Positions 18,303 through 27,834 are shown, counted from the stretch's first letter. The stretch is 64,000 bases of DNA from Myxococcota bacterium (GCA_965247115.1 CBDFGR010000003.1:2560001-2624000), one strand, 5' to 3'. Notes: generated from the letters alone by a model not told the origin. Numbers and translations: made by a program.

Positions 18303-18542
18303 CTACCAGTCCGCCTGCAGCGCGTAGCAGCGGCACTGGCAGATCTCGACGGCGCACTCCCCGTTCTCCGTGATCCATGGCTCGCGCACGCACGGGATGC
18401 GGCGCGCGGCCGTCATCCTGGAGCCGAGCATCTCGCCGCAGATCTGGAAGCAGTCGCCGCTCTTCTGCCGGTCTGACGCCGGGATCGTCCCGCAGGCGAC
18501 CAGAGCTCCGAGGCAGAGGCCGAGTACGCCGAGCCGCATCAT
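18303..18542 (-). CDS. Cys-rich lipoprotein at the end of the late operon
   Basis: MMRLGVLGLCLGALVAC lipobox; ATGA overlap. Confidence 0.65.
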   Translation of the reverse strand: MMRLGVLGLCLGALVACGTIPASDRQKSGDCFQICGEMLGSRMTAARRIPCVREPWITENGECAVEICQCRCYALQADW

Positions 18543-18682
18543 GGCCCCGGGGGGTCCGGATCGAGCGCGAGGCTGGCTACGAGCAGCACGATCGTCACTG
18601 CGAAGGCGCCGACGCACAGGGAGCCGAGCGCGATCCCCGCAACTCTGCGCGCGGGGCTCAGCGCGGAGCTGGCGCACATCAT
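18539..18682 (-). CDS. Small single-TM protein
   Basis: Hydrophobic segment; overlapping start/stop codons on both sides. Confidence 0.5.
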   Translation of the reverse strand: MMCASSALSPARRVAGIALGSLCVGAFAVTIVLLVASLALDPDPPGP

Positions 18683-19095
18683 CGAGTCTCGGACGCCAGC
18701 GCCCTCATCCAGCCTGGCATCGCCATGCCGTGGCGGCAGCACTCGGCGGCTTCCGGTCCGCAGGTGTCGTAAGCGCCGAAGTTCCCGCCCAAAAAGACCG
18801 CGCGGTGGTAGAGGAACCGGATCCAGCGCCAGCGCCACGGGAGCGATGTGCGGATGTTCTCTCTGAGCTCCCCATCGGCGTCGTTCTTGCGCTGCCACGT
18901 CATCGAGCCGGCCGGGTGACAGCGGGTGCAGTACCTCCAGTCGTGGATCCGGCAGGCCCAGCGGAAGTCGAAGCCGAAGAGCTCGTCCGGCGAGCTCGAG
19001 CAGCCGTCGTCCCGAAAGTGCTCCGGGATCTCTGCGAGCGTCCGCTTCGCCTCCTCCGGGATCGGCCGCTGCGATCGGCCGCTTAGAAGCCCCAT
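18679..19095 (-). CDS. Prokaryotic phospholipase A2-like protein
   Basis: DGCSSSPD..FGFDFRWACRIHDWRY...RKNDADGEL...LYHRAV. Confidence 0.72.
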   Translation of the reverse strand: MGLLSGRSQRPIPEEAKRTLAEIPEHFRDDGCSSSPDELFGFDFRWACRIHDWRYCTRCHPAGSMTWQRKNDADGELRENIRTSLPWRWRWIRFLYHRAVFLGGNFGAYDTCGPEAAECCRHGMAMPGWMRALASETR

Positions 19096-19113
19096 TCCCT
19101 TCTCACCCCCCGC

Positions 19114-19386
19114 TCACTCATCGACCGTGACGCGGCCCGTGATCGGGACCTCGTCCGTTACGGCAGCGGGTTTGTCGCTGCATCCGACCCGCGGGACCTC
19201 GTCCGTTACAGCAGCGGGTTTGTCGCTGCATCCGACCCGCAGGGCGTTGCCCATGACCTCGAGCTCGGCCTCGGCGCCGCCCTCAAAGCCGCAGACATCC
19301 CACATCACCCAGCCGTGCTCTCCTGGCCCGATATGCATCGCACAGGCGGGCAGGAGCAGCATCAACGCGATCATCGCGATCCCCAT
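19114..19386 (-). CDS. Small lipoprotein (o-spanin candidate) with an internal 16-aa duplication
   Basis: Lipobox LPAC; directly downstream of the endolysin. Confidence 0.6.
   Translation of the reverse strand: MGIAMIALMLLLPACAMHIGPGEHGWVMWDVCGFEGGAEAELEVMGNALRVGCSDKPAAVTDEVPRVGCSDKPAAVTDEVPITGRVTVDE
19144..19239. repeat. 48-bp tandem duplication (1 mismatch)
   Basis: 19144-19191 and 19192-19239; encodes RVGCSDKPAAVTDEVP twice. Confidence 0.95.
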
Positions 19387-19806
19387 TTATGATCCCTCCG
19401 ATACGGTCGACTTGTCGTCGAATTCCAGATGAACGTGACCGACGAGGACGCGCTCTCCCTTGCGTTCTCCGGTCCGGATCTCATGCAGGTGCTCTTCGTA
19501 GACGACGTCGTACCGGCGCTTGCCGTGCTTCGCCTCGAGGCGGCCCTGGATCCGGCCAGCCCATGCCGGGCCTTCGATCTCCCACGGCTTCACCAGGTTC
19601 CACACTCGGATGTCGAAGGCCTGGTCGTCGTAGTGCCGGCTACCCTTCTTGTGCTTCCCATCGTTCGCGCTCGTGATCACGATGCGGCCGTCGGTCATCA
19701 CGGGCGCGGTGTCCTGCGCCGCGTGGAGCATCGCAACCACCTCGGGCTCGAAGTGGCCAGCGTTCAGCTGCACGTCGCCGTTCTTGATCTGGAGCATGGA
19801 CCGCAT
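19387..19806 (-). CDS. Endolysin, M15-like Zn peptidase
   Basis: ITSANDGKH..GSRHY...AFDIR...HVHLE (H-x6-D...HxH). Confidence 0.8.
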   Translation of the reverse strand: MRSMLQIKNGDVQLNAGHFEPEVVAMLHAAQDTAPVMTDGRIVITSANDGKHKKGSRHYDDQAFDIRVWNLVKPWEIEGPAWAGRIQGRLEAKHGKRRYDVVYEEHLHEIRTGERKGERVLVGHVHLEFDDKSTVSEGS

Positions 19807-19853
19807 GGAGCACCTCCTGGTCGACCACGCCTCAGCCGGAAGCGGCGATCAGA

Positions 19854-20144
19854 TCACCTCGGTTGAAGGCACTCCTGCCACGTGCGCCCCGTCTCCAGCA
19901 CGCACTCCTCCGCCTCGTCTAGCATCTTCTGGCGCATCTTCTGCTGCTCGATGTAGGTCATTACTTCGCCGAAGACCTTGTTCTGGACTTCGACCTGGGA
20001 GGCGAGAGCCCCACCGATCTGCTCGTGCACCTTCGCCGCGGACTCTTCGAAGGCAACGCGCTGCCCACCCCAGTAGAAGAGGCTTCCCGTCGGCGTAATG
20101 ATCGCGAACGCCGCGCCCACGACCTTTCCCCATCCGTTCAGCAT
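19854..20144 (-). CDS. Holin-like membrane protein (candidate)
   Basis: One N-terminal hydrophobic segment plus a helical tail; upstream of the endolysin. Confidence 0.45.
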   Translation of the reverse strand: MLNGWGKVVGAAFAIITPTGSLFYWGGQRVAFEESAAKVHEQIGGALASQVEVQNKVFGEVMTYIEQQKMRQKMLDEAEECVLETGRTWQECLQPR

Positions 20145-20161
20145 GTCCGCCTCCTCAGGAT

Positions 20162-20464
20162 CTACTGCACAAGCCTGGCGATGGTTCCGATCAGTGTGAG
20201 CCGCGTTCCGTGGCGGGCGGGGAATTCCGCGAACGGATCGGCGTAGAACTCCACGCCGACCAGGGCGTTGCCACCCGCGTGCTCGATCCTCGACTTACTG
20301 AGCGAGATCAGGCAGCGGAAGCCCGAGTCCGTCCTCTCTCCTCTTGAGGAGCGGGGCTCGTCGGGTACGAAGACCGACAGGTTCAGGTTCCCGAAATAGC
20401 TCGCCGCGTGGCGTCCGCTCACCCAGGGGCTGGTGTAGAACTCGATCTCGGTCTGCTCCACCAT
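20162..20464 (-). CDS. YbjQ-like protein
   Basis: GGNALVGVEF...LIGTIA resembles the YbjQ GANAVVG...GTAV pattern. Confidence 0.5.
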   Translation of the reverse strand: MVEQTEIEFYTSPWVSGRHAASYFGNLNLSVFVPDEPRSSRGERTDSGFRCLISLSKSRIEHAGGNALVGVEFYADPFAEFPARHGTRLTLIGTIARLVQ

Positions 20465-20489
20465 CCCAACTCCGTCGGGGGATCAATCC

Positions 20490-21350
20490 CTAGAAGCTCG
20501 TCCTTCCCCAGCCCCACCAGGTGGCACCGTCGTAGTAGAAGAAGGCGATGTTCCCCTTGTTCGCTCCGGTGTTCCAGCTGGGTTCGGAGCCTCCTTCCCA
20601 GGTCACGGTCGGCCAAGTCACGGCGCGGCCACCCGTCGCGTCCTGGATCATCCGTACGGCAACCTGTGCAGGCCCGCGCGGCGCAACGAAGGTGAAGGTC
20701 ACGGCTTCGGTCAGCGTGATCTTCGCCTTGTGACCGACCTTGAAATCGATCGTCGCCGCGCCGCCTGAGGAGGTGATGCTCTGCTCGTTCAGCAGTGTCT
20801 GCGTGAACGCGGTATCGAGCTGATCCGCAAGCTCCCCGAGGAAGGTCAATGCCTCGAGATCCCCGACCCTCACCTTGTTGAAGTTTAGGAGCGTCGAGAA
20901 GTCCGTCACGATGGCGTACTCGCGCTCGTTGAGCGTGGACTCCTGGTAGTTCCCGGTAAGGGTGAAGTTGTCCGTCCCGATCGTGCTCGAGAGGTAGTAG
21001 AGGATTCCGGAGTTCTCGATCGAGAAGGGATCCCCGGCGGCGACGCTCGACGAGAAATCTAGCCCGTTGGACGCGGTCGCCAGCGTGTCGATGACGACCG
21101 TCGTCCCCGACCCTCCCCCCGTGATCGTATCGCCGGCAGCAGGGAGCGCTCCGGAGGTTCGGTAGAAGAAGAGCTGCGAGCCGCCCGTGTCGTCGCGTAC
21201 GAAGACGCCAACTCCATCCACAGCCCAGGACAGGGCTTCGGCTGCAGTGAAGGGACCGCCGACCTTCGATACGTAGTCGACCGTCCAGATGTGGCGCACG
21301 ACAGCCGAGCCGTTCTGGACGCGGACCGTACCTTGGTTGAGCTGTGCCAT
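20490..21350 (-). CDS. Tail fiber / minor tail protein
   Basis: QGTVRVQNGS N-terminus; C-terminal IQDATGGRAVTWP...FYYDGATWWG domain. Confidence 0.7.
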   Translation of the reverse strand: MAQLNQGTVRVQNGSAVVRHIWTVDYVSKVGGPFTAAEALSWAVDGVGVFVRDDTGGSQLFFYRTSGALPAAGDTITGGGSGTTVVIDTLATASNGLDFSSSVAAGDPFSIENSGILYYLSSTIGTDNFTLTGNYQESTLNEREYAIVTDFSTLLNFNKVRVGDLEALTFLGELADQLDTAFTQTLLNEQSITSSGGAATIDFKVGHKAKITLTEAVTFTFVAPRGPAQVAVRMIQDATGGRAVTWPTVTWEGGSEPSWNTGANKGNIAFFYYDGATWWGWGRTSF

Positions 21351-21599
21351 CTACGGGGTCCTTGCTCTCGGCCTACGGCGGTTCCTAATCTTCGTCTTGA
21401 TCTGGTCCCTCGTCTGCCCGGTAGCCGTGGCCAATTCGTCGACGAGGACGTCCAAGACGGCGTACCCTTCTAGGTCCTCGTCTGTGGCGTCGGTGGTGAG
21501 GAGGAGATTCGCGGTCCACTCCGCCTCGATCTCGTCGATCTCGGCCTGCCTAAGATTGACGCGAATCCCGTTTACCATCCTGTGAGTGGCGGTGGCCAC
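21351..21599 (-). CDS. Small tail-associated protein (chaperone candidate)
   Basis: Located between two fiber genes. Confidence 0.5.
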   Translation of the reverse strand: MATATHRMVNGIRVNLRQAEIDEIEAEWTANLLLTTDATDEDLEGYAVLDVLVDELATATGQTRDQIKTKIRNRRRPRARTP

Positions 21600-21601
21600 G
21601 A

Positions 21602-23545
21602 TCAGGGTCCTCCGATCCCGAACAGCCGAATGCGTCCCGAGCTCATGTTGCCCGAGCTCATCAGGATCCGGATGTCCGTGATCTGGGACCCGCTGCTCTG
21701 ATTACCGCCAAAGAGCGAAGTCTGCGAGGTGTTGCCCGCCGCGTCCTGCACACCCGTCCCGATGATCCCGAAGCACGGTCCTCCTGACGCCATCCCGTAT
21801 ATCTGGAACTTACAGTTCCAGCCCTCGCCCGTAGCCGTGCCCACTCCCTCATTCACCGTACTGCCATTGAGGGCAATTGCGGTGGCACTGTTAAGCTGTC
21901 GAGTACCCAACCCGAATTCGTTGTGGTTCAGGCACCGCCAACTATACGTAGTGGTCGTGAGAAAATTGCTGCCACCATCAGTACTGACACGTACCCACAC
22001 GAATGTATCATCAGTAGCCGGTACAAGATCCTCGATGAAGACCTCATAGGCACCGTACCCCTGGTCGATGTCGAAGTCCGCAGTAGCCGTGCTGCTCAGA
22101 GCGGTGTTAACGAGTTGCTCGCCCTGGGTCATCTTGATCATCTCGTCCAGGCTGAGCGTGCCCAACGTGATGCGAGAGGCTGTGATGGTTCGGGTGGCTA
22201 TATCTCCCGCAACGATGGTCGCTGCCGCAATCTGAGTTGTGGTGATCGTTCCAGCGACGAGCTTTCCACCTGTGATCGTCGCGCTGGCGATGTTGGCGGC
22301 CTGAATCGTGTTCGCCGCGATTTGCGTGGTGGTGATCGTCGCGGCCGCGATCTCTGTGGCAGTGATCGTATTCGCTGCGATCTTGGCGGCGGTAATCGTG
22401 TTGGCGGCGATCTCGCCAGCGGTGATCGTGAGTGCGAGAATCTCGGCCGCAGTGATTGTGTTCGCCGCAATGTTGCCGGCGAGGATCGTGTTCGCCGCGA
22501 TCTCATTCGTCGTGATCGTGGCGGCGAGGATCTCGGCCGCCGTGAGCGTGTTGGCCAGGACATGCGCGGCCGTGATCTCGTTCGGCCCGATGTGGACCCC
22601 GAGGATCTCGTCGAGGCCGACGAACTCCGAGACTGCCAGCGCCCGGGCATCGAACGAGTCCCACAGGTAGACCATGGACTCTGCCGGCGCCGGCGTGTTG
22701 AGACGGGGACCGAAGGTCGCGTAAGCGGAACCCGAAGGGGCAGTCGCGCGGACCGACACGGTGCCCCAGGAGCCGACCGGAGGTTCTATCGCCCCGCCGG
22801 TCGTCTCTCCGAGGGATGCCCCGTCCTTGTCGTAGAAGATGATGGACGCGCGAGCGTAAGACCCATTGGAATCGGCTACGAGGCGAACCCGGCCCTGGAC
22901 GGCAAACCCCTCGCCCTCGGCCGCCTCGATGAACTTGCCGGAGACGAACGCTCCCTTCGAACCTCCTGGGGCGTTCGCTTCGGCGCGGGCGGTCGAAGTC
23001 TGCCCGGAAGACTGGAACCGGCCCATCTGGAGGCCGTGGAAGGGCGTACTGGCGCCTTCCGTCGCGACCACATCCCACGTGCCGCCGCCCGACGTCGTCG
23101 CCCATTGGTCCGAAAGGTTGGTCCCCTCAAACGAGGGGTCCGCGACCAGATTGTCGAGTCTTGCGATACCGAGCTGCTCGAGCGTGACGCTCAAGTCGGC
23201 GATGTCTTGGTCGACGAGCGACGCCGTCGTGTGCGAGAGCTCGGAGCTGACATTCAGCAGCGCCGGGTTCTCGGTGAAGTCGTCGTAGGCGGCGACCTTC
23301 AGGTAGTAGGTCGTCCCCGGCTCGACATCGATGATCGCCGGCTTCGCGTTCCCCCGGTAGACGAGAGTCGTCTCGTCGGTGGCAAAGCCCGGGCTCTTGC
23401 TCATCCAGACCAGGATCCCGGCCCAGTCCGCGTCCACGGGTGTCGCGTAGCGGAGGAAGAGTGTCTCGAACGTCGAGGTGATCTGGACGTTGCTGAGCGC
23501 CCGCGGTGCCGGGTTCTGCACCGTCAGGAGCGTGAACTCGCTCAT
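21602..23545 (-). CDS. Tail fiber / distal part of host-specificity protein (Fn3-like + CBM-like + 10-aa repeats)
   Basis: TYYLKVAAYD; NLVADPSFE; ~16 IAANTITAxE-type repeats; may be a frameshifted continuation of the upstream gene. Confidence 0.8.
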   Translation of the reverse strand: MSEFTLLTVQNPAPRALSNVQITSTFETLFLRYATPVDADWAGILVWMSKSPGFATDETTLVYRGNAKPAIIDVEPGTTYYLKVAAYDDFTENPALLNVSSELSHTTASLVDQDIADLSVTLEQLGIARLDNLVADPSFEGTNLSDQWATTSGGGTWDVVATEGASTPFHGLQMGRFQSSGQTSTARAEANAPGGSKGAFVSGKFIEAAEGEGFAVQGRVRLVADSNGSYARASIIFYDKDGASLGETTGGAIEPPVGSWGTVSVRATAPSGSAYATFGPRLNTPAPAESMVYLWDSFDARALAVSEFVGLDEILGVHIGPNEITAAHVLANTLTAAEILAATITTNEIAANTILAGNIAANTITAAEILALTITAGEIAANTITAAKIAANTITATEIAAATITTTQIAANTIQAANIASATITGGKLVAGTITTTQIAAATIVAGDIATRTITASRITLGTLSLDEMIKMTQGEQLVNTALSSTATADFDIDQGYGAYEVFIEDLVPATDDTFVWVRVSTDGGSNFLTTTTYSWRCLNHNEFGLGTRQLNSATAIALNGSTVNEGVGTATGEGWNCKFQIYGMASGGPCFGIIGTGVQDAAGNTSQTSLFGGNQSSGSQITDIRILMSSGNMSSGRIRLFGIGGP

Positions 23546-26500
23546 CCCAAGGCGCCGCGATGTCGATAGCCGACCTGGATCTGGAACTGGCGCAGGATCG
23601 TCTTGCCCCGACGCGCAGCGTCCGCTCGCTGCTTCTCGATCGTGTAGGTGTACTCGGGGTTCCGAACGCTGTCCTCGCGAACGATCTCGTCCGCGCCGGC
23701 CAGGTCGACGATCCGGACCAGGTAGGAACTCCGGGAGTCGAACGGGAGGTCGTCGCCGCCAGGCTGGGCGATCGGGTCAGGGATTCCGTCCGGGGCGTTG
23801 AGACGCCACGTGAAGTGCGCGTCCCGCCCCTCGAAGTCCGTATCGTTCCCTTGCCCCAGGAGCTGCAGGCCCGTCACCTTGAACGTGGGAGTGGGGACTT
23901 CCGCGCTATTGAACGAAACCTCCGTCTTCGTCACGAAGGCAGAGAAGACACCGCCTGGCGAGAGCGAGCGAGCGCGCACGTCGTAGCGGGATCCATCGAC
24001 CAATGGTCCGATGCGCACGTGGTCCGCAGTCCCTGGTAAGAGCGGTTCGACCGTCCACTCGCCAGGCAATTCCGGCGGGATCGGGTGCTCACGCCACTGG
24101 ATCTGCACGTGAGCCGCTTCGATGCCGGTCTTGGAGGTCGGGATCGAGATCTCCACGAGAAGTCGGTCTCCCGCCACTACAGCGTTGCCAAGCGTCGGGA
24201 CCGGAGGGGCATCAAACTTGTCGTGGCTGATCTGCGACTCGAGCTCCGGGATGGGGCCGGTATCCGAGTCGTAGACAGCCTCGGCGTAGGGGATCAGCAC
24301 AAGCTTCGCGCGAACTCCGTCGAGCGGCTCGATGCGCTTGAGGAGCATCGGAAAGGTCCCGATCACGGTCTCCACGACGTAGACCTGGTCCCCGACGACG
24401 GGCTGGTCCTCTGTGTTGGGAATCGGTGTGGAGAAGGTGACGAGCGTCCCCGGGGTCGCCGGGTTCGTGATGCCCTGGAGCGCCGTTGCCCCGGGAGGGC
24501 TCGAGGCCGAGAGTTGGAGTCGTGCCGAATAGGTCTTCGCCGCCTCGTACTGGATCTCCTCATCGAGCACGACCGACACGACGTCCGTCCCCGAGGTGTT
24601 CACGGTCTGGATCCGGCCGTAGCCGACGCCCACCTTCATGACGTCGTCCACGAGCTCGACACGGTCGCCGACCTGGGCAGTGAGGTATTCCCAGTCCATT
24701 TCCCGCTCGACGCGTTCCGAGCGGAGCCGGCCCTGAGCGATGTGAAAGCGGCCGTGGCGCCAGAGACGGGCCGGGTTGGTCTGTCCCGGCACGCGGATGA
24801 CCTCGAATTTGGAGGCGACGGTCGTGCCGCCGGCGCCATCCTCCGAGAAGCCGTCGTCGTACACGACGAGCTCGTCCGGCTCGTACTCCTTCTCCTCGTT
24901 CAGGAACGGTAGCTTGACGGCATGGGGCAGGTCCACGAAGTCCCGCTGGCCTCCCGTCCCGGCTGTGTTCCGGGGAGACACGTGCATCGAGGCGACGGGC
25001 TTCTTCTCGTCGATCGCGACGGAGTACTTCCCGTCGATCTGCGTGAAGAACCCTCGGCCCGCCGACATGATCTGGCGCAGCGACTCGATCCGCCGGCGCT
25101 CGACGTCGTGCACGGCGTCGTAGCGCCAGTTTTCGGCCTCACAGAAGGCCGCCCAGGACTGGAGCTTCGTGAGATCGACCCGCGAGAGAGGCACAGGGCG
25201 GGAGTTCGAGGAGCCACGCAGGACCTCGAGCGCCGCCCAGGCGGGGTTCCCGCCGAACTCGACGAGCGGAGCCGTGATGCCCTCCGCATCCGCGGTCGGG
25301 TGGGTGGGGTCGTAGGCGGGCAGCATCGCGCGCGCGAGGCAGTTAAAACTCTCGATCGTTCCCGAGAGCTGGTCGGTCGCCTTGATGCGCAGCGCGATCT
25401 TCGCGAGCCCGTCGAGCTTGATCGGGTCCTCGCTGCGGATCGAGCGCAGCACGACCCAGATCGCCTCGTCGTTCTCCACCCCAGAGGCCACGGCGGAGAA
25501 GGTCGAGCGGACCCGGACGTCGTACTGCCCCGAGGCCACGTCCCACGTGAACCCGATCGAGAAGGGCGTGTCTGTCTGTCGGACGATCTCCCAGGTGTCA
25601 TGGATCGCGAGGCCCCCGATGCGGGGCGAGCCCTGCCCCGCCGGGATGCGCTGGACGCCTGCGGGCGTGCCCTTGATCGAGGACACGTCCTCCCAGGGAT
25701 CCCCGCTCCCGGTGAGCCGAAACTGCAGCTCGAACCAGCGCCAGCCGAAGCCGACGGTCCCCCGGTTGTTCCTGCGGCTGAGACCCCGCAAAAAACGGAC
25801 GTCGACCCCGATCTGGTCCACTGCGATGTCCGTGGTGCGCGTGTGCCAAGGCCCGCCGATCGCCGCCTGCACGCCGAGCGTCGTCTGGTTGTCCTGGAGC
25901 TTGACTCCGACGCCCTCCTCCTCGATCTGGGACGAGTAGAGCGTGATGGGCGGCGCGCCGGGGAAGCCCTGCCGCACCTCGGTCTCGACGTCGTCGTAGT
26001 CGCTGAGCGCGGTCTTCCCGATCCGGAACTGGTCTTCCGGCAGCTCGAGCGGGCCGAAGCCGGGAACGAACAGCAGCCGGAGGTAGTGGTCGTCGCCGAC
26101 CACCTCCGTCACCGGATTCAGGAAGAACGGCTTGATCCGGTGAGTCCCGAAGTGACGCCAGATCACGCCCCGTGCCAGCTGGTTCCGCGCACCCGAGAGC
26201 GTCGGGCTCGACCGCTGGTCAATCCCGTCCCCGCCGTCATCGGGTCGGGAAAGCGCATTGATGATGAGATGCGTCGCCAGGCTGACAGCGACATAGACGC
26301 CGACTTTGATTGCCGTCGCGGCCAAACCGGTAGCTCCGGTCGCCTTGATTATGAAAGAGCTGATCGCTGCGCTAATCGGATCCGTGCCTGGTTGCGCGAT
26401 GACGCTTACGAATGATCCCGGCTCAGGCCAGAGATCCCCAGATCTTCGCGGAATGGGTAGGTCGTCGATGACGAATCGCAACTGGCTCGTGGGCACGGTG

Positions 26501-26640
26501 CCGAAGCCCACACGCTGCGCGATCTCGCGCAGGCTCAGCCCTGGCTCAAGATCGAAGAACGCGCGCTGGGAAGTGAGCGGATGCTCAACTGCTACGACGC
26601 GGATCGAATCCGGATGTAGCTGTGGATCATGGGTTGCCAC
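23542..26640 (-). CDS. Tail tip / host-specificity protein (gpI+gpJ-like)
   Basis: SGARNQ, GQYDVRVR, IALRIKATDQLSG, NPAW, VGDRV; follows the gpK-like gene. Confidence 0.88.
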   Translation of the reverse strand: MATHDPQLHPDSIRVVAVEHPLTSQRAFFDLEPGLSLREIAQRVGFGTVPTSQLRFVIDDLPIPRRSGDLWPEPGSFVSVIAQPGTDPISAAISSFIIKATGATGLAATAIKVGVYVAVSLATHLIINALSRPDDGGDGIDQRSSPTLSGARNQLARGVIWRHFGTHRIKPFFLNPVTEVVGDDHYLRLLFVPGFGPLELPEDQFRIGKTALSDYDDVETEVRQGFPGAPPITLYSSQIEEEGVGVKLQDNQTTLGVQAAIGGPWHTRTTDIAVDQIGVDVRFLRGLSRRNNRGTVGFGWRWFELQFRLTGSGDPWEDVSSIKGTPAGVQRIPAGQGSPRIGGLAIHDTWEIVRQTDTPFSIGFTWDVASGQYDVRVRSTFSAVASGVENDEAIWVVLRSIRSEDPIKLDGLAKIALRIKATDQLSGTIESFNCLARAMLPAYDPTHPTADAEGITAPLVEFGGNPAWAALEVLRGSSNSRPVPLSRVDLTKLQSWAAFCEAENWRYDAVHDVERRRIESLRQIMSAGRGFFTQIDGKYSVAIDEKKPVASMHVSPRNTAGTGGQRDFVDLPHAVKLPFLNEEKEYEPDELVVYDDGFSEDGAGGTTVASKFEVIRVPGQTNPARLWRHGRFHIAQGRLRSERVEREMDWEYLTAQVGDRVELVDDVMKVGVGYGRIQTVNTSGTDVVSVVLDEEIQYEAAKTYSARLQLSASSPPGATALQGITNPATPGTLVTFSTPIPNTEDQPVVGDQVYVVETVIGTFPMLLKRIEPLDGVRAKLVLIPYAEAVYDSDTGPIPELESQISHDKFDAPPVPTLGNAVVAGDRLLVEISIPTSKTGIEAAHVQIQWREHPIPPELPGEWTVEPLLPGTADHVRIGPLVDGSRYDVRARSLSPGGVFSAFVTKTEVSFNSAEVPTPTFKVTGLQLLGQGNDTDFEGRDAHFTWRLNAPDGIPDPIAQPGGDDLPFDSRSSYLVRIVDLAGADEIVREDSVRNPEYTYTIEKQRADAARRGKTILRQFQIQVGYRHRGALG

Positions 26641-26978
26641 AGGCGCGTCCTATACGGCTCGAGCACGGAGCCCGCGGGCTTCCGTGTGTGGAGCATGAGG
26701 TTCTCTGCGACGATCACTCCGAGATGAGACAGCCAGCCGTGGGCCCTGAAGATCACGAGATCCAGAAGGTCTGGTGCGTCCACCGTCTCGTACTTCAGCG
26801 CCTCCTCGGAGATCAGTTGGTCCAACAGGCCCCGATCATCGACGTCGTATTCAAGCGATGGAAGGTCCCTGCCCAATTGCTCCGCCACAACCCTTCTTGT
26901 GAGTTGCCAGCAATCGGATTCCGCAAATGGGATCCCGACGTACTCGTTCACCCATTCGGGCGGATGCCTTGGGAGCAT
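26592..26978 (-). CDS. NlpC/P60 tail tip assembly protein (gpK-like)
   Basis: YVGIPF..DCWQL...HLGV...MLHT. Confidence 0.85.
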   Translation of the reverse strand: MLPRHPPEWVNEYVGIPFAESDCWQLTRRVVAEQLGRDLPSLEYDVDDRGLLDQLISEEALKYETVDAPDLLDLVIFRAHGWLSHLGVIVAENLMLHTRKPAGSVLEPYRTRLWQPMIHSYIRIRSAS

Positions 26979-26986
26979 CTCTGGCT

Positions 26987-27454
26987 TCAGAAGGCGCCCG
27001 GCGTCGTCTTGGGATCGAAGTGATAGCCGGGATAGGCATCGTTCAGGAAGTCGTCGATCAGAAGATCGACCTCGACACGGAGCTCCGAGTAGCGTGCCTG
27101 CCCCCAGCGGAAGAGGAACGGGCCGTGCTGGACCGTGGTCGGGTCCGAGATCGACACGAAGTCGACCTGCGTCTGAGGGGCGGAGGACGTCGTGCGAATC
27201 GCGTCGATCAGATCCCGCAGCACATTGTCGACCACGAGCGTGCCGCGGGGCTCCCCCTCGGAGAAGTCGGCAGGCAGCGTGATGGCGACGTCGCGCGCAA
27301 TCCATGTCTCACCCCCGGGTCCGACCACGTCCTCGGTGTTGTCCACCAGCCGCACCGGCTCTGGGAGCTCGTCGTGTGTGATCGTGACGAGGGTCAGGAT
27401 TCCCTCTGTCGAGCGCGGCTTCAGCGTCTCCCGGGTGAACGCGTCGGTGGGCAT
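26987..27454 (-). CDS. Minor tail protein, DUF1833-like
   Basis: LVTITH..LPEPVRLVDN...FDPKTTPGAF. Confidence 0.8.
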   Translation of the reverse strand: MPTDAFTRETLKPRSTEGILTLVTITHDELPEPVRLVDNTEDVVGPGGETWIARDVAITLPADFSEGEPRGTLVVDNVLRDLIDAIRTTSSAPQTQVDFVSISDPTTVQHGPFLFRWGQARYSELRVEVDLLIDDFLNDAYPGYHFDPKTTPGAF

Positions 27455-27456
27455 CG

Positions 27457-27822
27457 CTATGCCGGCAGCCTGACGACAGCGAACTCGATGTTGACGTTGT
27501 CGGCCTCGAAGTGGAGCTTGTTGGTGGTCTGCCTCCAGCCAGAGGTCTTGTAGGGTCCGAAGATCCGGATGCCCGGGCGTCCCCCTACCGCAGCGGGCAC
27601 AGAGGCGGTGGCATCGCGCGTACGGTGCAGCGAGTCCGGGATCGACGTGATCGTCACGTTGTGCGCGCCGCCCGTATCGACATTCTGGGCGATGATCATC
27701 TCGGTTCCGGTGAGCGCCGTCTCCTCCTTGTTCGTGACATCGGCCGCGACAAAGGGGAGATTCTTGCCTGTATAGTCGACGTTCGCGCCCGCGACGACAG
27801 CCGTGTGACTCTTGCGTGCCAT
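27457..27822 (-). CDS. Virion-associated beta-sandwich protein; paralog of 32104..32454
   Basis: Direct alignment with its paralog. Confidence 0.65.
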   Translation of the reverse strand: MARKSHTAVVAGANVDYTGKNLPFVAADVTNKEETALTGTEMIIAQNVDTGGAHNVTITSIPDSLHRTRDATASVPAAVGGRPGIRIFGPYKTSGWRQTTNKLHFEADNVNIEFAVVRLPA

Positions 27823-27834
27823 CCAATCCCCTCG

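Noticed and set aside
20490..26640. Diversity-generating retroelement or invertible shufflon acting on tail fibers
   Set aside because: No reverse transcriptase, TR/VR pair, invertase or inverted alternative tips were seen.
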